From positions 617,609-681,608 of the forward strand of contig ML996702.1 of assembly GCA_010356995.1 (NCBI GenBank): DNA of 64,000 bases, in the 5' to 3' direction. Positions 10,799 to 22,707 of this stretch are shown piece by piece. The notes under the pieces are model-generated. The model had not been told where the DNA came from. It saw only the letters and a program-made list of their open reading frames with translations, and did not search any database. The DNA comes from Trichodelitschia bisporula. Its lineage: Eukaryota. Every line of letters begins with the position of its first letter. Position 1 is the stretch's first letter. The position numbers and the translations under genes were made by a program.

Positions 10799-12164
10799 GA
10801 TTGCGGTTTGATAGCGAGGTTCTGAAGGTTCGTATGGAGGTTTGCGGTGTTGGGGTGTGGAGAATGCGTGGGGCACAAGCTGCGTATGTGGGCGGAGAGG
10901 TGAGTGGTGTGATGTGAATTGCAGCCAGCACCAGCCGCTTCCCCCCCCGCACCTTTATTGCAAACCACGAGCCAAGCACAGCGCCGACGTCATCACCGCC
11001 CAGGCGCGCGTGGCTGGGTTGCCCGCCCCACCTCAGCAAGCGCTTGCCAGGCAGCTCCTCGAGCCAAGGCAGGAAGGAGGCCCGCGCGCAGGCGCAAACC
11101 TGGCAGGCCGACGCTTGTACCGCCTTACTCTAACGCAGAGAGAGTACACCGAGTGTAGCGGACCAGTGCTTTGCGCGCGCTGCGCGTGCGGGCCAGGACC
11201 GCAATCTGCGCAATGTCCGTGGCCAATTGGGGAGGGGAGCGGAGAACACGAGCGAGGGCACGGGAGCTGACGGTGCATGATGCGGTGGCGCGTGTGGCGT
11301 CGCCGAAGGGAGCCGATTTGTGGGCCGCCGGGATGACGTTGTGGTGTGGCTGGTGAGGGAGCAGGGGAGACTGGGGACGGGTTGAGGTCGTTACGAAAAT
11401 ACATCCGTAGAGACATTGTTGGTTGCTGCGGTTGCGATGGCGATGGTGATCGTCTTGTGGCCGCGTGGAAGATGGTACAGCCACAGTTGTTGTGAGGATG
11501 CGTGTTTGCCCTGCTAGGCGAGCTAGTTGATGCAGGTTTTGTTGGTTGGAGAGGCTATCCTTGTGCCTGGGCGCTTGGATAATGTTCGCGTGACGGGGAT
11601 GAGTGCGTTAGAAATGCGCCGGAAGGCCGCGGAGTACAGAGTACTCTGGGTTAGGCTACATTGATGATGAGTTGTGGTAGTTGCTGATGGAGAACTCCGC
11701 GCTTTAACGACCGGTGAAGTAATAACTTCGGTAGTCGGATCGGATATCTGTCTATCGCTATCGGGCGCAATGACTCCACATCGGGTCGCATTCTCTACTG
11801 TGCCGATACGGCCAGTTGGGCCGTGAGTTGCTGATATTCCGGAGCATAGTCCGCTGTTGACCAATCCATTGCGGCCGAATTAAATCTGGTTTCGAGGCTG
11901 AAACGAGATCATACTCGAAATAGCACATATGGTCCATAAGTTTGAGTTGTTAACGTTCTGACTTGGCTTTTGACGTCAAGGCTCCAGCAGCCCTGAAGTA
12001 GGCAAATTTTTGAGTCCGACGTTACTGTGCTGATATCTCAAAATGAGACGCCTCAGATGAATATCACCCACTTCAACCCCACGAGCTCCAACTACGCTCT
12101 AGAGCACGAGTCCGCTGCTCTCAAACCACCGGCCTCATAACCCCCTCCTCCCCATCCCTTAAGC

Positions 12165-12284
12165 ACATACGGCCATACGTCGCAGAAAGCACCAGTCCCC
12201 GTTCGCTCACTGAAGTGAACCTGCTCACCAACTGACTTGTAGTTAGGCAGGTAAACCAGACAGCGAATCTAAGTTGCTACATGT
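12165..12284 (+). pseudogene. Dispersed 5S rRNA pseudogene or divergent copy
   Basis: acatacggccatacgtcgcagaaagcaccagtccccgttcgctcactgaagtgaacctgctcacc...gttgctacatgt followed by a T-run. Co-linear with the array copies, but substitutions break helices II, IV and V without compensation. Confidence 0.85.
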
Positions 12285-12844
12285 TTTTGCCTTTTTTTGC
12301 TGCTTAGGTGAGACCGGTTAGTAATGAAGTAGAATGTACTTCGTGGTGAGAGGACCGAAGACCCGAACCATCGGGCCGAAGAGACACCTCCAATTCAACC
12401 GTTTTCCGCCGGCTTTGAGTCGGCTCGGTCTTTGATTCTACGGCTTTATGATGCCCGGTCTCGGCAGGCATTAGCAAGTACGGCGGTACTCCTGAAGAAG
12501 CAGAACGTCAAGACGGGTCTCGATGTGATCTGTCAATCGGACAGGGCCTGGACGATGAGCCCGTTTGAGTGAAGTAATGTACTGGAAAAAGATTGGACTG
12601 ATAGCATGTCTGGATTGCGGTGGCGAGCAATCTGTTCTCCTGTCCATCACTGCCGGATGACGGCAAATGACCAACGGCCACTGCCTAAAGCGGAAAGAGC
12701 TATCCCACTCGCGAACTACACGTAATGCTACAAACGTGTAATACGCAGCACGCATCATGCAGCAAAGAATGTGCAAACATACGCCGCCTAACAAAGCATC
12801 ACGCCATAGAGCAAACCATCCACATAAAACGCCTAATATTTTGA

Positions 12845-15451
12845 CTAAGTCCGGTTTGCAGGGAATTCAGGAACCCCCACAACCGTCTCATCCCCCACAA
12901 CAACACCATCCCCAACCGCAGACTCATCCCCTACGATAGGTTCAACCCCTACGACAGCCTCATCCTCCCCACCCGGATCATCCCCCCCAGTCTCATCCCC
13001 CACAACCGTATCCGGCGGACTCAAATCAATCAAGTCCTCCGTCCCCAACCGCGCCTTTGTCGTCTGCTTCGTCCACAGCTCGTGATACTTCCCTCCCCGA
13101 GCGAGGAGCTCCTCATGCGTCCCCCGCTCGATAATCTCCCCTTTATCCACGACCATAATCTGGTCTGCATGCATAATGGTCGACAACCGATGCGCAATGA
13201 CAACCGTCGTGCGCCCGTCGCTCAATTGCCTGAAGGCGTCCTGGATATGCTCTTCCGTCGCACTGTCCACGGCGCTGGTCGCCTCATCCAGAAGCACGAT
13301 CTTCGGGTTCTTAAGCAGGACCCGCGCAATCGCCAGGCGCTGCGATTCGCCGCCAGAGAGCTTAACTCCGCGCTCGCCCACCTTGGTATTGTACCCCTCG
13401 GTAAACGTCAAAATCTTCTTATGTACGGCAGCCGCCTCGCACGCCGCGAAGATCTCGTCATCCGTCGCATCGAGCCTTGCATACCGGACGTTTTCCATGA
13501 CGGACACATTGAACATGGACGGGTCCTGCGGGACCACGCCCATGGCGTCGCGCAGACTGCTCAGCGTCACGTCTTGCACGTCCTGGCCGTCAATTGCGAT
13601 AGACCCCGCGGTGACGTCGTAGAAGCGCATGAGCAGCTTTAGCATCGTGGACTTACCGGCCCCGGTCTCCCCGACAAAGGCGACGGTTTCGCCGGGCTTG
13701 ACGACGAAGCTGATGTCCTTGAGGATGGGGTTCGCAGCGTCGTAGCCGAAGCCGACGTTTTTGAAGGTGATGCAGCCGCCGTCGACTTTGAGCGTTTTGG
13801 CCGTTGGTCGGTCGGCTACCGATGGTTTGGTGTTCAGAAGCTGCAGGAGGCGCTCGGCGTCGATGAGAGTCGAGGATACGCGGCGGTAGGAGTTGGCCAT
13901 GGTTTTCAGCGGGCGCATCATGGTTTCCCAGTACATAACGAAGGCGATGAAGTTGCCGACGGGCTTTCCGTAGTAGGTGATTTCGTAGATGGCGATGAGG
14001 CTGCAGGCGCAGAAGCCGATCGTAATCAACAGGCTCTGGGAGCCGTAGTTGACGAAGACGCGAGCGAAGTAGCCCCACTGTGCCGAAATGGTAGCTTTGA
14101 CCGCATCGGCGTATTTCTGGCCCTCGTACGGCGCGCGGTTGAAGTAGGACACCGTTTGCCAGTTGTACACCGACTCGTACACCGTTTTGTTCTCCTTGCG
14201 CGACTTTTCCGTGTAGATCCGCCTCTTGGGCTGGCCCCAAACCGTCAAGGCGACGCCCATCCACACGTACACCACGCCCAGCGTCAAAATAACCCACGCC
14301 AGATACATGTTGAACAGATGCGTTACATACCACAGCGCAACGAGGAGATCGAGAAGAATAGGGCAAATGTCGAACAAGACCATCTCAAGCAGCTCGTTGA
14401 GCGCATGTGCCTGCTCCACCGACTTGAGCACCTCGCCGCTCGCCTTGTTAGAGTGAAAATCCATGCTAAGCGCCATAACATGTCGAAACGCCAGATCGGA
14501 AATGCGCTTGTACGAGTAGTTGTGCACGTATATGCTCGCCATGTAGCGCAGCAGCCGGAAGCCCGCATAGCTCTGCACATACGTCATGGCCTTCCACACC
14601 AGCACCTCGCGCCAGGGCATGCGGCTGCGGTCCGCCAGCGCATCCGTCACCAGGCCAATCTGGCGCGGGATAAGCACGTTGAGCACGCGATCGAGCACCA
14701 GATCCGCCGCCATGATGAGCAAGCACCCCTGCCCCTTCAAGTCCCCCTTGGGCCACAGGTGGGGCAGGAACACGGCAAACCCGCGCAGGTACCCGATCCA
14801 CCCGCCCTCGTCGGCCAGGCGCTTCGCCTGCGCCTCCTTGATGTCCTTGTCGCGGTCCGCCGGCTCCTCGTCCTCCTGCCCCGCGGTGGTAGAACTAGTG
14901 GTTGTGCCGTACTTAACGGGCTCTGCTTCGTCATCTTCCGCCGCTGCGGCTCCGAGCAGAGGCCGCGCCTCCTCGTCACGTTTTTTCGGTTTCGAGGTCC
15001 CGAGAAGCACGCCCACGACTAGCAGGCCTGCAAACGCAGCGAGCCGGACCCCGCCGAAATTGCGCCCTGTGCGTGTTCCCGCGAGCACAACTATCGGTAT
15101 CTCCAGAAAGCCGCCGACGGCCCACGCAGCGAAGTAAGGGTGCCATACGGGAGCATGGGTCGAGCTGAGCGATATGGCAATACTCCCCCACAGGAGGAGG
15201 GAGAAGAGGGCGCGCAAAATATCATGTTGTGGCGCCGGGCGGTCGTGCAAGAAGTCGAGCAAAAACCATACGGCCTGAATGAGGTGGGTAACCGCAAGGG
15301 CCGCGGTCAACCCAACAGCCGTTCTCTTTTTGTTCCTGTTGGGCGGCGGGTTGGGTTGTTGCAGAGTGCAGGTGCTGTATATTTTGCCAGCGAAGAAGGT
15401 GAAGAATGCGGCGGGCGCGTGGACGAAGGCGAGGTAGGCGGGGGCGGACAT
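12845..15451 (-). CDS. HMT1: ABCB6/HMT1-like half ABC transporter (heavy-metal tolerance type)
   Basis: 868-aa ORF with an N-terminal TMD0-like hydrophobic region, an ABC membrane domain (LSMDFH, YFNR), Walker A GETGAGKST, Q-loop VVPQD, signature LSGGE, Walker B LLDEATSAVD and IAHRLST. Confidence 0.9.
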   Translation of the reverse strand: MSAPAYLAFVHAPAAFFTFFAGKIYSTCTLQQPNPPPNRNKKRTAVGLTAALAVTHLIQAVWFLLDFLHDRPAPQHDILRALFSLLLWGSIAISLSSTHAPVWHPYFAAWAVGGFLEIPIVVLAGTRTGRNFGGVRLAAFAGLLVVGVLLGTSKPKKRDEEARPLLGAAAAEDDEAEPVKYGTTTSSTTAGQEDEEPADRDKDIKEAQAKRLADEGGWIGYLRGFAVFLPHLWPKGDLKGQGCLLIMAADLVLDRVLNVLIPRQIGLVTDALADRSRMPWREVLVWKAMTYVQSYAGFRLLRYMASIYVHNYSYKRISDLAFRHVMALSMDFHSNKASGEVLKSVEQAHALNELLEMVLFDICPILLDLLVALWYVTHLFNMYLAWVILTLGVVYVWMGVALTVWGQPKRRIYTEKSRKENKTVYESVYNWQTVSYFNRAPYEGQKYADAVKATISAQWGYFARVFVNYGSQSLLITIGFCACSLIAIYEITYYGKPVGNFIAFVMYWETMMRPLKTMANSYRRVSSTLIDAERLLQLLNTKPSVADRPTAKTLKVDGGCITFKNVGFGYDAANPILKDISFVVKPGETVAFVGETGAGKSTMLKLLMRFYDVTAGSIAIDGQDVQDVTLSSLRDAMGVVPQDPSMFNVSVMENVRYARLDATDDEIFAACEAAAVHKKILTFTEGYNTKVGERGVKLSGGESQRLAIARVLLKNPKIVLLDEATSAVDSATEEHIQDAFRQLSDGRTTVVIAHRLSTIMHADQIMVVDKGEIIERGTHEELLARGGKYHELWTKQTTKARLGTEDLIDLSPPDTVVGDETGGDDPGGEDEAVVGVEPIVGDESAVGDGVVVGDETVVGVPEFPANRT
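12875..13010 (-). repeat. Degenerate 18-bp coding tandem repeat (about 8 units, VVGDE-like hexapeptides) in the transporter C-terminal tail
   Basis: Plus-strand units ccccacaaccgtctcatc / ccccacaacaacaccatc / cccaaccgcagactcatc / ccctacgataggttcaac / ccctacgacagcctcatc and so on. Confidence 0.8.
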
Positions 15452-18400
15452 TCTTCTTGGGCGGGGACGGGTGGTTGGGTGGGGGGGTTGGTTGTATTTA
15501 TGGTGGTGGTACCTGGCACGGCTTTGCCGCTTGCTTGTGGTGCAGCAGCATGCAGATGCGTTGAGGGTTTGTAGAGGCAGGTGCTTGAAGTTTCATAGCC
15601 AGGGAGGCTGGGGATACACACCGCCAACATGTGTGTGCGACAAAGGTGGCTTGCTTGCTGCGGAAAACTGCAGATTGGGCTACGGAGTAGATTGGTTTTT
15701 TGGTTCGGCTGTGTGTATTGGCAGGTGGGTTGTACCTTGCGTCGCGCTTCGCATTTTGTCTTGAGGGAGGCTGGTTTATATATTCGTTTGGATAAAAAAG
15801 GTCAGGCTGAGGCAGAGTATTTTTGTCAGGGCAATTGCAGTCGTGAGACTAGAGTATGCCTCAAGATGATCAACCACAAGGAGGCTGGGATAGGGTGCCA
15901 GGCCCCGTTGCTGCCTGGTGAGTATGGACGTAATGATTGTCCCGCTTCACTAGTGTCGCGCATCGGCTTAGTTTTGTTCCAGCGACACTGTACCGGTACG
16001 TCGGCCATGTCGATGCCGACTTTCTATTCCGGTCGCACGAGAAAACCAAACGACTGTTCCGACAATTGAACCATCCCGATGAAGACCAACAATCCGGAGT
16101 GGAGATCTGGCTACCCGAGAGTTCACGAACTTCGTTGCTGTGGCTGCGCTTTCCACTTCAGCTGGCCCTGAAGGAGCTGAAGGATTGACCGGATTTCCAA
16201 GTTCGGTTGAAAGCTAGAACTCGACCTCGTCACCCTCGTATGCCTATTTAGGAGGCCGTAGAAGACTCAGCACACCATCTGCTATCGGATTTCTGGATGC
16301 ACCCAATGCCAGAAGTAGGCCGCTGGCTGAAGATCTAGTCGGAGTTCCAAGAGGCACGTTACCCAAATCCATGTCCTGTAGCCTTGAACGCTGGGCAGAG
16401 ACGCATCGTTTGGATGCCTAAACTAGTACCCTATATCCCGTCTGTCGAGTCTGCGCGAGGTATCGACACCGGCTACGCCCTTTTGTGAAAATGGCCCTCG
16501 AATGTTCAGGGTTTGCTCTTTGACGCCCTAGCTGACTGGTCTAGCCCACACCGCTGCAAATGGTGCCTGGTGTCAATGACCCTCAACTCAGCAGGCTCAT
16601 TCCAAGAGACGACATGGCTGAATACATGGGCTATTCGTCAATGGAACATTTCGGGGGCGAGATATTGTCTCCCCTAAGGCGGTCTGGATTCGGTCACAGG
16701 ACCAACTGATGACGCATAATTAAGCCTCCCGTCCCGCACATGCAAAGCATGCCGTGTGCCTGCTGAGGTATGTTGAATATCTGCCGCTTCGGCCCGTTTG
16801 GGCCAAGGGGGACAGCACTCCGCGCCAGTGGACCAGGGCCAGAAGGGTTCAGTGGCTCGCGCCGGTGAAGAAGTTGAGCCCGGGCATGCAACCGGCCGGC
16901 TTGCTTTGAGACGGTAGACCAAAAGCCGCAGCCCCAGGATGTGAAATTGGGGTACGGAAACGGACAGCGGTTCCTTAATCGGTATTGTGATGAGGCTCTG
17001 GGAGCCGCAATTCATCGAGTCTCAAATCCGGGGTAATAGGTCATAATCTGCGTAGGCATTCCTCCATGAGGTAGTATGTATAAGGCTGGGGGCTGATTCG
17101 TCATGTAGGTATTGGACTGCTCGCCGATCTGGTGCCATGAATAGTAGATCTAGAATCTTCAGCCTCATCATCACATGCAATACCATGCGGCTCTGCGGTT
17201 CATGTCCGCAATGTAGGATCACCTGCTGAGGCATCTTGTTCGCTTGAACGTATGCAGCCTGTCGAATGCAACCCGAGGGCGCTGTATTCGGTCCTTCATG
17301 ACACCGCCTCTTCCGTTTATCGACGCCATTCCGGGTGGCTTGAACTGGCCTGGCTCTTTCAAGTCCTCACCACTGTACTGGATTCAGTTAAGGGAAGTTA
17401 CTCCGAGGTGAGGCTGAAAGCCAATGTTCATCTTTAGAATCTGCCGAGTTCTGGGCATGTGAAGCAGCGTTAGTCGGTGGCCTCGGTTTGAAATGCATAT
17501 GGAATGAGGCTCTTCAACTCACCGGCCACGGCTCAAAAGTCTCCATTATCCCTCTGCTGCATTAGGTTAGCAAACTCGAGTTCAGCTTAGCGCCACGATA
17601 GTATCGCATCTATTCATGGCGCACATGCGTGGCGCGGGCCGACCAGCCTCGTCAGGCATTTTACCGACCAAACCTTTGCCTCTAGACTCGGCATATTAGT
17701 TTAGATCCATAACGTTAACACAGTCTATGCTTACGTCTTGGAATCAAAATGCAACGAACCGCGGAATTGACAACAGAGCGGGGCTTCAAGTGTCATATTC
17801 TTCCCGGACGGACCGAATATCAAGGGAAAAGGTGGGGTGGAAGATAGCGGGTCAGCCTTTTCATGGGGCAAGGTTAAGAGCCGCATCCACCCTCGCCCCC
17901 GCAGCCTGACGCAACCTCCGGCGAAAGGGAGGGTGCGGAATCACGTGATTTTCAGCCTCATAAATGGTCACCGCAATCACACCCTCCGTTAACGGAACAT
18001 CGTAGCGGATGTAAATGAGCCCGTCTGCTGCACAATACATTGCCATGCGGCTGAAACAGTAGCAGCTACCTCGATTCCGCTGCTGAACACTCGCTAGTCG
18101 TGCCGCTTATGCTAACACATACGGTGTGGATACACCTAAGACAAGCATTTTTACCTTTGGGAAGGAGCACGTTAGGCTTTGGGAAGAAATAGGACGCAGA
18201 TGATGGATGGTGCGCATAATGGGAAGAAGGTGCACACGACGGGAGGCAAGGACAAATGGACCAACGCATGTGCATTTCGTTTGGTTTCGTCTCTCCTCTC
18301 ACTCTTCCTCTTCGTCTTTTTTACAATCGTTCAGTTTGCACCGTAGCGATTGCACGTGTCTAGCCTATGCTCCCATTATCATCTGCGGCTTGATGTGCAA

Positions 18401-21400
18401 CACATGCGCCCATCACTCGGGAAATCCGCAATGAGATTGCTAAGATCCGACGAGTTCAAAGCTCCCGGCGGAAGAACTGCAGTGCGACGCCTGAAGTGGA
18501 AAGAGAAAGCTGATGGTACTACGCCGCAGCCAGTTACCGACCCACTCGCCTGCATCCGGCCATACAGCTCAGAACTACGCTTCAGGTTCCCAATCTGGAC
18601 GTCAGATGCCAAAGAGATAATTGTATTTCGCTAAAGAAACACTCTGACGGGCCAGGGCACGGGGCATGGGCACGGGAATCCCGTGGTTGCGGGCGCCGAT
18701 ATGGAACTGTTAATCAGAGTTCGCGATCGGTGGCCGGGAGGCTGCCGTGTGTGGGAGATAGAGTGCCTGCCTGGGCTAGAATGGGGGCACTGATATAAGG
18801 ACAAAGAAATTGCAGACGTGATCGATGAGCCAGTGCAGAGCATGGTAACCTTATTATGAGCTTGTGCTTGGGGACAGGAAATGGACTGAGACCGAGAATC
18901 TGGTAATCTGGTAGCAACGTTGGCGTGGACAAGGCTGACCTCTGTTGAGATATTCCACCACTGCCCGCAGGGCCCATCTATTCCAAGCGTAGCCCCGCGG
19001 ACCAATATCCGTGCTGATGGCCCTGGCTGTCACGGGCCTTCCGATGGGTTGGGACTGTGAGCTGGGAATAGCTAACGAGGACGGAGGGCGGGTAATGTGC
19101 TGCCCCATTCGCCGTTATTTTGACGTTGTCATTAGCTTCCCGAGTCGGGCTCCGACTCGGGCGGATGAGCTGAGCTGCCGTGAAGACATCACATTGGACA
19201 CATCTCTTAAAACAGAATCCCCAGACTCACATCAAAGAGACACAGTCACCTCCTCACCCCGCCAGACGACCACACCCCTTTTCACCCTCGCATCATTCAA
19301 TATGCACCCTCACGAGGCCTCGATCAAATTTCGGCCCAGAGGTCAAGCTCTCGGACGTGCATCCCCCATTGGTTCGAGCACCGTGCCCTTTCGTCAAGGT
19401 CCGGCCAATCGCAATCTGGGATCGCAATACCGTGCGTCGTGCCCTACCCTGAACGGGATGATCACTGGATCTACAGGACCCTGGCGTAGGGATCGGCTGT
19501 GAATTTGGCAAACGGCGACGGAGGATGCGAAGGATGTCATGAAGAACTTTCAAAAGAGACGAGAGACCGGTGAGGAGAACGGGTCGTCGCGATGAGCTTC
19601 GCCGGTGAGACTACGGTTGAAGCACTTTGACGCTTTCAGTCGAAGCTGTCAGTACGAGCTCAGAGCGTGAACGTCGTGTCCCTGCAGCAGTTATCCGAAC
19701 GCCAAGGTTTCTGCCTGCTTGCCTTCAGTTCGTCACTACTTCCATCGACAACCACGACAACCACAACAACCTCAACACCAATTGGACATCTCAGCGAAAC
19801 TGCAACCTTTCTGAGCATATTTGAAAGCCTCATGTCCATCGCACGCCTCGCTCACTTGCCCGCCACCGCCACTATCATTCCATTCCTCAACCATTTCCAC
19901 GCCATCGACGTCACCGCCACCGATCGGCGCACGTGGTGATGGCGTGCAGTCGACAAAATCCGGGGTAACTCGACGAAGCCAGTGACAGGACGTCCAAGCC
20001 GGGCAGGACAAACACCCACGGGGTGCATATCTGCATCATTGTCCAGATGCAGCGTCGCCTACTCTGAACCGTGCCAGTTTCCAGGCTCCGGCTCAACCTT
20101 CCTGCACCACGACCCGAACGCCGCTAACCATAATACTTCCACAAGTACCAGTTTGTCGCCGTGACGACGGACTCAGCACTGTGATCTAATCGACGTCCTA
20201 GCAGAGTACACGCGGTACACTAAGGACACACATCGGCGGCCACGAGAATGGCGGCCGGCCAGTAGGCCGCCTGTCATTCCCTCCCGTAGCACATCGGCTA
20301 CGTTCGACTAGGCAAAGTTTATTCCCCGACGTCACATGCTTGCCGCCCCGTCAGCCCGTCAGCGTCTTGCTTTTAGCCAATCTGCAAAACGCGCGGTCGC
20401 AAAGCCTGAGTGCAGGTGCGACCAATGGATGGAGACGAAGCGAAGGGCCTAGCGATGCGTGCAATGTTCATCCGTTGCTTGCCGGGAGGGAGAATGTCCA
20501 TCCATCTTGCTGAGCATGTCAATCCGCGAGGGAGATCGGCCATCTCGTCGCTCTTTTCCCTTGTCAGAACACTGGCTGTTCCTTTCTAAGCTTCTATCTG
20601 TGTGCCAGTACGCGCTTCGGCCGCTGTCACGACTTCCCCGCGGCAAGATTCTCGCGAGCTACTGTAGGTTAAGCAGAGCGGCACTGCAGGCGCGGCGCGA
20701 CGCGCATGACCGGGTGTAGCCCAGTCGGCTAGCGAGCGAGGCTCTGGCAGCGATGAACTAAGCTAACTGCTAACTCCGAAGTGAACACGGAAGACACTTT
20801 TGGCACCGCAGGCTCGCCACTGCAATTCAAGACGCGCACATCCACAGCGCTTTTCTCTCCGAATCCACAGTTGCCGTGAATCCACAGATCCCGTCTGCCG
20901 TTTCTCCCTTTGCCATCCCCAAGCGAGACGGGTGGAGCGGGTGGGTGACGGGATGCCTGGCTACGCAGTACGTTTCCGGGGGGGGGGGGGGTTTAGAATC
21001 CTGGCGCGGCCGGCGCTTGGCCGATTTGGAGCAGAGCTGCCGAATTATTCCCGGGGTTTGGGAATCGCGGGTTGAGGAGAGGGGATGTAGCGGCGGGCCC
21101 TGGTGCCTTAAAAGCGAGAATGGAGTAATTCCGATTCCCCGTTTGCTTTGCTTGCTTGCTTTGCTGCGTTAGGTTGCGTGAGAGACCCGCTACGCGCGTA
21201 CCGTACTACCGTCGACTGCGGCTCGAGGGGCATTGGCAGGGTCAGCAGGGCTTTGTGGGGAAGATGCTGACTGTGGGGTGAATGGGCGGGGAGCTTGGAG
21301 GGGCCAATGGAGTTGGGGGGGGAAGTGAGGGTGGTGGGGTTCTAGCCTGGTTTGGAGGACTGCGGAGCCAGGTGGGGTTGGGAACGGGGAGAAGTATTTA

Positions 21401-22707
21401 CGGTAAACGATGGGAGAACAATATATGGGGACGAGAGCTTCGACAATGGCCGTCTCGAATCTTGATTAAGAGTCAATTGACAGGACGGGGAATCTTGTCT
21501 GCGTCTGACGAGCGGGAGAGGCAGAGAGACGATCGGCGCAGCGCACAGGTCCGGAAGAAACGGCGTCGGTTGTGCAGGGAAGAGTACGGGCTTTGGGCTG
21601 GGATGGTGCAGATGGTGCAGCGAGAACAGGGTAGGTGAATGAAGAGGCATGCGGACTAGAGACGCCATGGGAGTGGGAGTGGGAATGGGGATGGGATCCA
21701 TGGGGAGAAGTGACGGGCGTTGAGTGGTGACAAAGTGAGAGTGGAAGACCAGAGACGAGAAGGGCGGCATGTCCCGCTGCGAACACACGTCCGAGGGGTC
21801 TGCAGAGAGTGGCAGAATGAGTGCAGGAGGTGCAGGAGTGCAGAGTGGACGCAGAAGACGGAGGGAAGCTGGTTGGTTGATGTGGGGAGGGATGTTTCCT
21901 CAAGGGCCTGATGGTGGAGGGGAGGCAATTTGCAGGCTGTGTTAATGCTTTGCAGTTCTTGGAGTGTGCACTTGGGTGTGCTGGGTGTCCTGGCGCTGGG
22001 TTGCTGGTGCTCTCGGCTTTTCCCCAGACTTTTGGCTTTTTGCCGCGATTGCTGGCCAGTTGATGTGTTGCAGGAGAAGTGGTCTGTAAGTGGTAGCGGG
22101 AAGGACGAACTGGGGGTGAGAGCATGGGCCGTTTGATTGAGGTGAGTGGTGACAGAGGGGGAACTGTCAGAGTGAGAAGAGGTGAGGGAGAAAGTTGGCG
22201 ATGGCGGGGTGATTTGGTGTTGAGCTTTTTTCGGCCGTGATGGGAGAGAAGCAGCGGCGGGCCTCAACACCAACGTTTCTCTTCGTAGATGCTACTGTAT
22301 CATACTCTACTTCTCAACTTTCTCACTTCTTTCCACTGCCAATTCATTCTGAGGAAGAGAAGGCTGTCAGCGAGCAAGTCTTCTCTCACTCCTCAGGCTC
22401 CTCTTTCCATCTTGCCTCTTCGTTCGCCTGCACTAGAAACTAGACCTGCTCGCTGCACTGGCTCACCAGTCAGAATCAGGCCTAGCGCTTGGCAAGCTGG
22501 CTGAGTCGCTCATCCACCACCCAAAGAGCCTATCCTATCCTCACCACTCACCACTCACGCTCCCTCCAACCTCACCTCTTCCCTCTCTCTTCTTTTCGTC
22601 TCACCTCTTTTTTCAGTCTCCAATCTTCAGTCCCTCTTCTCTCTTCTCTCGCTCCTCCCCCCTCTTCCAGTCTCAATCGTATCAACCACATGCTCCCTCC
22701 GTGAACA

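Noticed and set aside
17230..17440. Possible cytochrome P450 C-terminal relic on the minus strand
   Set aside because: Only a vague PxxFxP-like resemblance, with no intact heme-binding motif.
21546..21565. caggtccggaagaaacggc, resembling SRP RNA helix 8
   Set aside because: Short match with no supporting SRP fold or Pol III terminator.
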